NCBI GenBank assembly: GCA_016930515.1
Contig: JAFGGO010000054.1
Location: forward strand, 1 to 20,913
From: Promethearchaeota archaeon
GTDB lineage: Archaea; Asgardarchaeota; Lokiarchaeia; Sigyniarchaeales; SOKP01
Reading direction: 5' to 3'
Length of the DNA stretch: 20,913 nt
A program made the translations under genes and the position numbers. Shown here one piece after another: positions 7,265 through 14,922 of the stretch. The notes beneath the pieces are model-generated. The model saw nothing but the letters and a program-made list of their open reading frames with translations. It had not been told where the DNA came from and did not search any database. Each line of letters begins with the position of its first letter. The first letter of the stretch is position 1.

Positions 7265-9811
7265 ATGGATATCTATTCCGTATTGTCTCACGAATTCCGG
7301 AGAAAAATTTTATTGCTTCTTGAAAAAGAAGGATATGTCTTATATACCGATTTAATGGATAAATTGGGATTGGATCAAACAGGTCAATTGAACTTCCACT
7401 TGAGGAAACTTGGTTCTCTGATTAATAAAAACAAGAAATATTATTTTCTCACGGAAGATGGAAAGCGCATCTTAAAAATCTTGAATATCAATAAGCGAAT
7501 ATTATCAGGCGAAGAAGTGGATTATCTCAATTCCAAGGGAAGCGAAATTAATCGCGTTGGGGTGATTATTTGTAATTGTAATACAGAAATTTCTAATATG
7601 ATTGATATTATCTCTTTAGAAAAACACGTTTCTAAGTTAAGAAATGTTGTATCGGTTAAGATATTCGAAAATCTTTGTCAAGAAAAAAACTTAGAAAGAA
7701 TATCGAACTGGGTAAGAGAAAATTTTCTTAATAAGGTAGTTATAGCCGCCTGTTCTCCTAAAACACACCAACATATTTTTGAGCGAATTTTTAATGGAAT
7801 AATAGATCACACCAACATTGAAATTGCCAATATACGGGAACAATGCTGTTGGGTACATCACACGTCAATTGAACATAAGGGAGATCCTTTCATCGTATTG
7901 CAAAAAGCACAATTATTAATTGAAGCAGCAATTGAAAGAATATTGCTTCAAAAGGAAATAAAGATCAAACGAGTGGAAATCGAAAAGTCTTGTGCGATAT
8001 TAGGCGGGGGAATTGCAGGAATGACTGTTGCGCTAGATTTAGCAAGAGCAGGCATCAAGGTTTATCTAATTGAAAAAAGTCCTACCTTGGGGGGAATGGT
8101 TGCTAGGTGGCATAGAGTTCACGGAATAGGAGACTGTTCGATTTGTTTCATCTCCGAACTGGTAGGGGAAATTGTAAAAGAAAAAAACATTCAAATTCTT
8201 ACTAACACGGAAATAGAGGGTGTATCTGGAGAAGTAGGAAATTTTACATTAAATTTAATCAAGAAACCTCGATTTGTTGACGAAAAGAAATGTACGGGAT
8301 GTAAACAATGCATTGATGTGTGCGGAGTAAGAAAGCCAAACCAATACGAGTTCAATTTGACCAAGAGAAAGGTCATTTACTTCCCATTCCAAAATTGCTA
8401 TCCATATGTTCCGCTTATTGAGGAAGAAGACCTTAACGATTGTTTGAATTGTAGAATTTGTGAGCGAGCATGCATGAATAAGGCTATAAATCTTAACGAA
8501 AAACCAGAAAAATTACAGATTAAAGTTGGCGCAAAAGTAGTAGCTGTTGGAGCTGATATCTTTAAAGATTTAAAGGATTATAATTACGATCCCAATAGAG
8601 ATATTATTTCTTCTGCAGAATTCGAGCGAATGCTATCTTCGGACGGAATTACGGAAGGAAAAATCCTTAAGTTATCCGATTTAAAACCACCCGATACCAT
8701 TTCAATCATCCAAAACATAGGATCTACCCGAAACCATCAAGAACTTATAAATAATATCGTTCAAAAATATATTGGGTGTATTAAAGTAAAAAATCCTAAA
8801 TGTATTGTAAATATTTTTAGTAAAACTAGGCCACAAAACGAAGACATATCCCTATTTAAATCAACAGATCCAAGATTTCATTATGTTGAAGATATAAAAA
8901 TTAACAGAAAAAAGGATCAAAATATTATTATATCGAATTCTATCGAATATCAGAGTGATTTGATAATTTTAAATGTCGATTTGATTCCAAACAAGGACTT
9001 AAGGCTCTTGAGAAAAACCATGGATTTTACTTTAAACGATTCGGGGTTTATGAGCGAAGATACCTTAGCTTCGGGAATTTATGGTGCTGGTACCATTCTT
9101 GGACCGCTTAATTACTATGAAACGGTAAATTCAGCACATAAAGTTGCACTCAATATTATTTCTCTTTTTTCAAACGATTACATACTTGCGGAATTCACCG
9201 GAATTGAAATTAATGAGAATGCGTGTGGTTTATGCTCTCTTTGCGTAAAGGCATGTCCTTATAACGCCCTTTCGATAGAAAATGAAAAACTCTCAATTGA
9301 TAAATTTAAATGTAAAGGATGTGGGACTTGCGTGAGCGTATGTCCTACTAACGCAATTGACATGAACATCGATACTACGGACAAAATCCTAAAATCGATC
9401 GAAATTTTATCTAAATTCAATAAAAAACCAAAAATTTTAGCCTTTTGTTGTCGATCCTGCGGTTACGCAGCTGCGGACGATGCAGGCTTGAAAAAATTAT
9501 ACTATCATCCAAATGTATTCGTAGTTCGAGTTCCTTGTACTGGTCGAGTCGACGCAAATTTCATATTAAAAGCTTTAGAATGTGGATTTGATGGTGTTTT
9601 GATAGTTGGATGTAGAAAAGATGCTTGTAGATATATAGACGGTACTCAAAAAGTTCAAAATAAAATTCATATCCTGAAAAAAGTCTTAGGTCCGAGGTTG
9701 GGTCGTAAGATAATACTTAAAAATTTAAACGCCGTAGAGGGAAATAAATTTTCAGAGATATGCAATAAATTTTATAATATACTAAAAGTGGAAAGCGAAT
9801 ATGAAGCTTAA
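7265..9811 (+). CDS. Fusion: ArsR-like winged HTH + HdrA-like flavoprotein (degenerate TrxR-domain Fe-S site) + ferredoxin domains + MvhD
   Basis: aa1-~75 LSHEFRRKILLLL...LNFHLRKL...YFLTEDGKR (wHTH). HdrA N-domain RVGVIICNC, AACSPKTH, NIREQCCWVH; FAD motif GGGIAG. Ferredoxin motifs CTGCKQCIDVC, CLNCRICERAC, CGLCSLCVKACP, CKGCGTCVSVCP. MvhD motifs FCCRSCGYAAAD, RVPCTGRV, GCRKDACRY. Confidence 0.9.
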   Translation: MDIYSVLSHEFRRKILLLLEKEGYVLYTDLMDKLGLDQTGQLNFHLRKLGSLINKNKKYYFLTEDGKRILKILNINKRILSGEEVDYLNSKGSEINRVGVIICNCNTEISNMIDIISLEKHVSKLRNVVSVKIFENLCQEKNLERISNWVRENFLNKVVIAACSPKTHQHIFERIFNGIIDHTNIEIANIREQCCWVHHTSIEHKGDPFIVLQKAQLLIEAAIERILLQKEIKIKRVEIEKSCAILGGGIAGMTVALDLARAGIKVYLIEKSPTLGGMVARWHRVHGIGDCSICFISELVGEIVKEKNIQILTNTEIEGVSGEVGNFTLNLIKKPRFVDEKKCTGCKQCIDVCGVRKPNQYEFNLTKRKVIYFPFQNCYPYVPLIEEEDLNDCLNCRICERACMNKAINLNEKPEKLQIKVGAKVVAVGADIFKDLKDYNYDPNRDIISSAEFERMLSSDGITEGKILKLSDLKPPDTISIIQNIGSTRNHQELINNIVQKYIGCIKVKNPKCIVNIFSKTRPQNEDISLFKSTDPRFHYVEDIKINRKKDQNIIISNSIEYQSDLIILNVDLIPNKDLRLLRKTMDFTLNDSGFMSEDTLASGIYGAGTILGPLNYYETVNSAHKVALNIISLFSNDYILAEFTGIEINENACGLCSLCVKACPYNALSIENEKLSIDKFKCKGCGTCVSVCPTNAIDMNIDTTDKILKSIEILSKFNKKPKILAFCCRSCGYAAADDAGLKKLYYHPNVFVVRVPCTGRVDANFILKALECGFDGVLIVGCRKDACRYIDGTQKVQNKIHILKKVLGPRLGRKIILKNLNAVEGNKFSEICNKFYNILKVESEYEA

Positions 9812-10562
9812 GTTTCTCATTACCTCACTAACATCTTGTAGTGGTTGCGTATCATCTTTGATTTCGCTCGATTTTTTCTCACAATTTTTGGAAAAGACGG
9901 AATTATGCTATTTCCCTTTTCTGGAAGATAATCAATTGATTGACGATCAAGATTACGATATCGCTTTAATTGAGGGATGCGTTTCAACAGATTCACAGAT
10001 TGAGTTCTTGAAGAAAATCAGAAAAAACTCAAAAAAGATAATTGCACTGGGTACATGTGCGGCATTTGGAGGAATTTTGAGTTTATCAAAGGAGCGATTT
10101 GCTATTCCTTTACAAGACGTGGTAGAGATAAATGGAATCATCCCTGGATGTCCACCACCTACTAAATTATTTGGAAATTGCTTGATTAAACTTCTCGAAC
10201 GAAAAGAAATAGAGCTCCCTAAAAAAAATTTGTGTGATGGTTGTCCAAATAAAACGGATTTTATTCTGAGTAAGGAAACCATAATTAACAAAATAATACC
10301 CGATAATAAAGACTTATTCGAGGAGGGAGAAAATTGTTTCTTGAAAAAAGGCGTATTATGTCTCGGTCCAATCACGAGACAAGGGTGTGATTACGAATGT
10401 ATAAAGGCAGGAATGCCATGTGAAGGGTGTATGGGTCCCGTTTCTAAAGATATCACATCCAATATCATTAATTTCCTGAGTCTTGCTAATGTTTCCAAGG
10501 ATTTAAAAAAGTACAAGGGATTGTATTATCGATTTTCTAAACCAAAAATTTGGAGATCTTGA
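9801..10562 (+). CDS. mvhG: [NiFe]-hydrogenase small subunit, group 3 (MvhG-like)
   Basis: SCSGC, EG, GTCAAFGG, PGCPP, CDGC, CFLKKGVLCLGPITRQGCDYEC, PCEGCMGP. Overlaps the upstream fusion gene by 11 nt. Confidence 0.9.
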   Translation: MKLKFLITSLTSCSGCVSSLISLDFFSQFLEKTELCYFPFLEDNQLIDDQDYDIALIEGCVSTDSQIEFLKKIRKNSKKIIALGTCAAFGGILSLSKERFAIPLQDVVEINGIIPGCPPPTKLFGNCLIKLLERKEIELPKKNLCDGCPNKTDFILSKETIINKIIPDNKDLFEEGENCFLKKGVLCLGPITRQGCDYECIKAGMPCEGCMGPVSKDITSNIINFLSLANVSKDLKKYKGLYYRFSKPKIWRS

Positions 10563-10563
10563 C

Positions 10564-11865
10564 ATGATTAAAACTGTAGAGTTATGCACCAGAATTGAAG
10601 GACACGGAGAAATAAGCGTTTATACAAGGGACGATCAATTGCTCCAAGCAGAATTCAAGCTTCCAATTTATAGGGGATTCGAGACCATGTTAAAAGGAAA
10701 GAAAATATTAGATGTGCCTCGTATCGTCTCTAGAATATGTGGGCTTTGTCACGCATCTCAAACTATCGTGAGTTGTAAGGTCATAGAAAACATGTACAAT
10801 ATCAAACCTACTCAACAAGCAATAGTACTTCGACGAATTTTAATGACTGCTGAAATGCTTAAATCCCACACAACCCATTTTTTCTTCCATTCCTTTCCCG
10901 ATTTATTGAAATTGTTCAAAATATCTAATAAAATATTAGATTTAAATCAATTAATCGCTTACGATCGCATTCTTACTAAGAATATATTTGAACTCATCAA
11001 AATTGGAGATGATATAAACAAGATGCTCGGAAGTAGGTCGGTGCATCTCGTTAATGTACTCCCCGGAGGGATTATATTTAAACCAAGCACTCATTTTTCA
11101 AGAAATTTTCAAACTCTTCTTTCGAAAGGAATCGGCGCTCTCAAGGAAATTCTCGAATTTTTTATCAAGCAATTTTCGAACCTAGACCCCCCTGCTTCTT
11201 TTTCGATCCCAAAAGTTAAGAATTTAGCTTTAAATAATAAAAAAATCTATGATAGATATGAAGGTATCATGACAATAAAAGAGAGTCGCACAAAATACGA
11301 GGATTTTCCAATCGAGAACTTCCTCGAACATTTTGAAAGGGATGTTGGTTTGAGGGGGATAAATACCCTTAGTGAATCGAAAACAGCAATTTTAGTAGGT
11401 CCTATTGCCCGTAGAAATATAGTGGAAAACTACGGCGTTCAGGAATGTAATAGTTACCTTGACCTTTTTGGAAAGGAATGGAAGAAAAACCTTTTATTTT
11501 CGAATTACTTGCGTTTAATTGAGATGTATTCTGAAATGAAAGCAATCAACCAGTATCTTGAAACAACAAGATTGGAATCGAACTTACCCTTACCTGATTT
11601 TCGTTCCATCAAGAATTTCGAAGGTATCTCTGCCGTGGAAGCACCTAGAGGTAGTCTATTACATTATTATAAGATCAACGAAAGAAATGTCGTTGAGGAC
11701 GCTAAATTCTTCATTGCAACGGAGTTTAACCTTCCCATCATCAATAAAATGATCACCAAGTACGCTCGCAGCATATACGAGACGAAAGACATTTCAGAAG
11801 TGAAAAAGGAAATCCAACCAATGATAAGAGCTTTTGACCCTTGCATCTCGTGTGCCACCCATTAA
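10564..11865 (+). CDS. mvhA: [NiFe]-hydrogenase large subunit, group 3c-like (MvhA-like), with no C-terminal extension
   Basis: TRIEGH, RGFE, L1 RICGLCHASQ, EAPRGSLLHYY, L2 DPCISCATH followed directly by stop. Starts 1 nt after mvhG. Confidence 0.9.
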   Translation: MIKTVELCTRIEGHGEISVYTRDDQLLQAEFKLPIYRGFETMLKGKKILDVPRIVSRICGLCHASQTIVSCKVIENMYNIKPTQQAIVLRRILMTAEMLKSHTTHFFFHSFPDLLKLFKISNKILDLNQLIAYDRILTKNIFELIKIGDDINKMLGSRSVHLVNVLPGGIIFKPSTHFSRNFQTLLSKGIGALKEILEFFIKQFSNLDPPASFSIPKVKNLALNNKKIYDRYEGIMTIKESRTKYEDFPIENFLEHFERDVGLRGINTLSESKTAILVGPIARRNIVENYGVQECNSYLDLFGKEWKKNLLFSNYLRLIEMYSEMKAINQYLETTRLESNLPLPDFRSIKNFEGISAVEAPRGSLLHYYKINERNVVEDAKFFIATEFNLPIINKMITKYARSIYETKDISEVKKEIQPMIRAFDPCISCATH

Positions 11866-11887
11866 AAACAGTTTGGAATGCAAATAC

Positions 11888-12916
11888 ATGAGCGGAAAAG
11901 ATTCAGAAAGCAGGAAATACGATTTTAAGTACGAGCAAATCGAACCAGAACAGCTATGCGAAGTGTTCTTGTTTTATTTCGACGAATCCTTAGGTCAAAT
12001 CTTGCTTTTAAAAAGTCCTGAGGAAAGACACACGGACGAGGAGACAATGCGCATACTTAAAGTTCATTCGATCTGGTTTCTGGACATAAGCGATAAAACT
12101 TCGCTTGATCGCGTCGATTTAGAATATGGCATGAAGATGTATTTCGCAAAGAAGTTTTTAGTTCCCTCCTACCGAGAGAAAAGAAGAGCAGGATCAAAAG
12201 AATCTAAAAACGAAACGATCGTGCTCATTCTCGCCTTACCCATAGAAATGGACATTTTTGGTGCGGCATTGGTAAAGAGCACGACAGAAAAGATGATCAA
12301 GCACTTCAAACACCATTTCACACGCTTGATCGAAGCGAATATTGCGAGTTTAGACTTGATAAAAACGCCTAAAACAAGAGAATTGTTCGAGGAGGGGCAA
12401 CGAATAAAAAAGCGAATGAGCGCACTCATAAAAAACTCATGTTCTCAATATTTTAAATCAGTAATTCAAAAGACGGATACCTCCACTTTAAAGATCCAAA
12501 AAGCCATTTCGTACCTTTCCCTGCGTGGTGTCCCAATTGAACACATAACTAAAAAAGGGGATAAAGTAAGCTTTTCAAACATGAAATTGTTTGAAACTGA
12601 GCTAAAATCCTCTACAAATTCCGTTCAAAAAAGTGCTTTTAGCATTATGGATAAGTCTATCGTTGAAGAAACGCAGGAATTAGAAATCATAACGAAAAAT
12701 AATTCTCAAAACCACTACCATAACATCCATGTGAAGATCACTTCTTTAACGGAATTTTTTGAGCAACCAATACTTTTTAATACCATCGAGGATTGGTTAC
12801 CTGAAGAAGAATTGGTATTCAGCGTCCCTAAATCGATTGGAAATCAAGATATGATTTTTTGTTTATTGGATCAGAATCGAAAGGTCTTATTTCAGCAAAG
12901 GATCAAACCCAATTAA
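11888..12916 (+). CDS. Hypothetical protein with probable N-terminal longin/uDENN-like domain and C-terminal beta-rich domain
   Basis: VFLFYFDESLGQILLLKSP fits the longin/uDENN beta-hairpin pattern (h-h-FD...G.....P); later F.VPS...RRAG....TIVLILAL. Start taken as ATG 11888, since the TTG at 11834 overlaps mvhA. Confidence 0.5.
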   Translation: MSGKDSESRKYDFKYEQIEPEQLCEVFLFYFDESLGQILLLKSPEERHTDEETMRILKVHSIWFLDISDKTSLDRVDLEYGMKMYFAKKFLVPSYREKRRAGSKESKNETIVLILALPIEMDIFGAALVKSTTEKMIKHFKHHFTRLIEANIASLDLIKTPKTRELFEEGQRIKKRMSALIKNSCSQYFKSVIQKTDTSTLKIQKAISYLSLRGVPIEHITKKGDKVSFSNMKLFETELKSSTNSVQKSAFSIMDKSIVEETQELEIITKNNSQNHYHNIHVKITSLTEFFEQPILFNTIEDWLPEEELVFSVPKSIGNQDMIFCLLDQNRKVLFQQRIKPN

Positions 12917-12970
12917 AATTTTTCTTTAGAAATAGAAAATATGAAAAAAAAAGATGAGAGATGTATTGTT

Positions 12971-13462
12971 TTAGCGTTTAAATACATATATTCCGATTAA
13001 TATCGGGATGAAAAAGCTTATAAGGATCATGATATTTCCATATCCTACCGAAACGTAAAAATCTCCGTATTCAACGGCATAATATAAGGTCGGTGCCAAC
13101 ATGCAAAATAAATATCCAGCAACCATTAAAGCTCCTCCAATAATGCATAAATAAGCGATTGCTTTAGAATCCTTTGAAATGAATATGATTGTCGCTACTA
13201 TAAGCACGACAGTTCCAGCAAGAACGATTATAACTGGAAGCGTTCTGTATAGGATGTCTGTTTCGTCAAAGAGTTGAATTTCACCATCATAAATTGATAA
13301 TCCCCACGAAAAATAGATATCATTGTAATCATAACTACTTCCAATTCGCATCATTACCGAAGGCACGAAACAAAATATTATTCCCATGGCGCATACGATA
13401 GCGAGTAGCAACAGTAAGAAAACTTTTTCCCTCTTTACTTCTGACATTTTTTGTCTGTTCAC
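12971..13462 (-). CDS. Hypothetical 4-TM membrane protein
   Basis: Four hydrophobic stretches in 163 aa. Start is GTG 13462 or ATG 13447. Confidence 0.7.
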   Translation of the reverse strand: MNRQKMSEVKREKVFLLLLLAIVCAMGIIFCFVPSVMMRIGSSYDYNDIYFSWGLSIYDGEIQLFDETDILYRTLPVIIVLAGTVVLIVATIIFISKDSKAIAYLCIIGGALMVAGYLFCMLAPTLYYAVEYGDFYVSVGYGNIMILISFFIPILIGIYVFKR

Positions 13463-13686
13463 CTTTTTATTTTAAAATATTTTTGTCTCTTATCAATCAT
13501 GGAATGTATTTAAGTTTTACGATTTGTCTTTATTTTGAAAAAATTGGCTCTTGGAACTCATTTTTATTAGATTGAAACCAAAAGATAACAAGATATTTTA
13601 ACCGTTTTTCCTTCATAATTTATCTACATTCTTTCATTAATGTTAATAGTTAATAAGTAATTTCGTATAATAGGAAAGCGGTCAAA

Positions 13687-13842
13687 ATGGATTATAAGTT
13701 GTTTAAAGAGCCTGCAAGTACATTTAATAGGGAAGAATTGATTGAAGAATGGTTAAAGGAAAATCCTAGCGTGCAAATCGTTTATGTGGAAGTATCTAAG
13801 GACGGAGATTTCGTTAACATGACAGTGTTATACGAAAAATAG
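13687..13842 (+). CDS. 51-aa small protein, Cse60/DUF2758-like pattern (not in ORF track)
   Basis: Hand translation: MDYKLFKEPASTFNREELIEEWLKENPSVQIVYVEVSKDGDFVNMTVLYEK*. It fills the intergenic gap and converges on the TauE gene. Confidence 0.65.
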   Translation: MDYKLFKEPASTFNREELIEEWLKENPSVQIVYVEVSKDGDFVNMTVLYEK

Positions 13843-13858
13843 TAAATATAATTGGATT

Positions 13859-14614
13859 TCAAGAAAATATTATCTTGTAGGTTTTCAATAACACGAATAT
13901 TCCTAAAAACACGATAAAAACTCCAGTTAAAGTCTTGAAATTTCTTTCGTCTTTCATTTTTGTTACAGAAAATGCTCCGATTATCGAAGCGGGAATCGCT
14001 CCAATCGTCAATAACAAGCACAATAACAAGAAAGTTTCCGTTATTGGTTTGAAAGCAAAATAGGTAATCAAACCAGCGATGCATATAGGAAATTCGCAGG
14101 CTAAAGCGGTAGCTATTGCATTTTTAGTGTCTCTTCCTGAAACTACTTGCCCTGCTGTTAACAATGGTCCGAAACCACCACCCGAAATTCCCTTGTTGAA
14201 TGAACTTATAGCTCCGATAATTCCGATTTTCTTCCAAGAAAACTTGTACCGAAAATTTGTTAGCATTAAAGCTCCTACGATCGTGACTAAAAAGCCTATG
14301 TATGTGTTCAAGAGGATCTTGTCGATGCTTATCGCAATGAATACGGCACAAACAGTTGCAGAAATACCTAAAATGGATATGAGAGATAGAATTTTCCAAT
14401 TAGTCTTGGTCTCTTCTGAAAAATTTGCGTTTTTTAACTTGTGATGCATTGTTGCACCCGTTAATCCAGTCCAAATTTCTGAAAATAAAATAGCAGGTAC
14501 AACATCCAAGCTAATAAATCCAAGAACGAGGAGTAAAGGAGCTAATACGGTCCCATAGCCTCCACCTAAAGCAGTATCAACGAACTCAAACAAGAAAGCG
14601 AAAGTAATTACCAT
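13859..14614 (-). CDS. Sulfite exporter TauE/SafE family membrane protein
   Basis: DTALGGGYGTVLAPLLL, HHKLKN, GISGGGFGPL, K.AIAT; about 8 TM helices. The true start may be the ACG at 14635. Confidence 0.88.
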   Translation of the reverse strand: MVITFAFLFEFVDTALGGGYGTVLAPLLLVLGFISLDVVPAILFSEIWTGLTGATMHHKLKNANFSEETKTNWKILSLISILGISATVCAVFIAISIDKILLNTYIGFLVTIVGALMLTNFRYKFSWKKIGIIGAISSFNKGISGGGFGPLLTAGQVVSGRDTKNAIATALACEFPICIAGLITYFAFKPITETFLLLCLLLTIGAIPASIIGAFSVTKMKDERNFKTLTGVFIVFLGIFVLLKTYKIIFS

Positions 14615-14714
14615 TATAATGAGTTCTATTTGCGTTTTTAAACCACCTTATTTTTATATTCATATTAGAATTACTTTTACTAATATATAATTGCATGTCA
14701 TCATATTTAATTAT

Positions 14715-14780
14715 ATGTAATTATGAGCTTTTTTCAAAAAGTCTACAATCAAAATTGGTCCTTGAAAATCATAATTACAT
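14715..14780. repeat. Perfect 12-bp inverted repeat ATGTAATTATGA...TCATAATTACAT
   Basis: Arms at 14715-14726 and 14769-14780, between the gdhA stop and the TauE start. Confidence 0.5.
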
Positions 14781-14922
14781 TAAGATTTGAGAAAAATGTT
14801 AAAAAGTATAATTCAATTTATAAAAAGAAAAGATAGAGAAAGTATAAAATTAAATTTCTAACAAAATATCAAGAAAATCTGAATGAAAATATTTTAAAAA
14901 TAGAAAAATAAAGAGAAAATAA

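Noticed and set aside
7265-11865. Selenocysteine recoding in HdrA/MvhD/MvhA, which are known archaeal selenoprotein families
   Set aside because: All three frames are open with Cys codons at the relevant sites (DCSIC, GCRKDAC, DPCISC). The TGA at 10560-10562 is a normal stop 1 nt before mvhA, and I recognised no SECIS.
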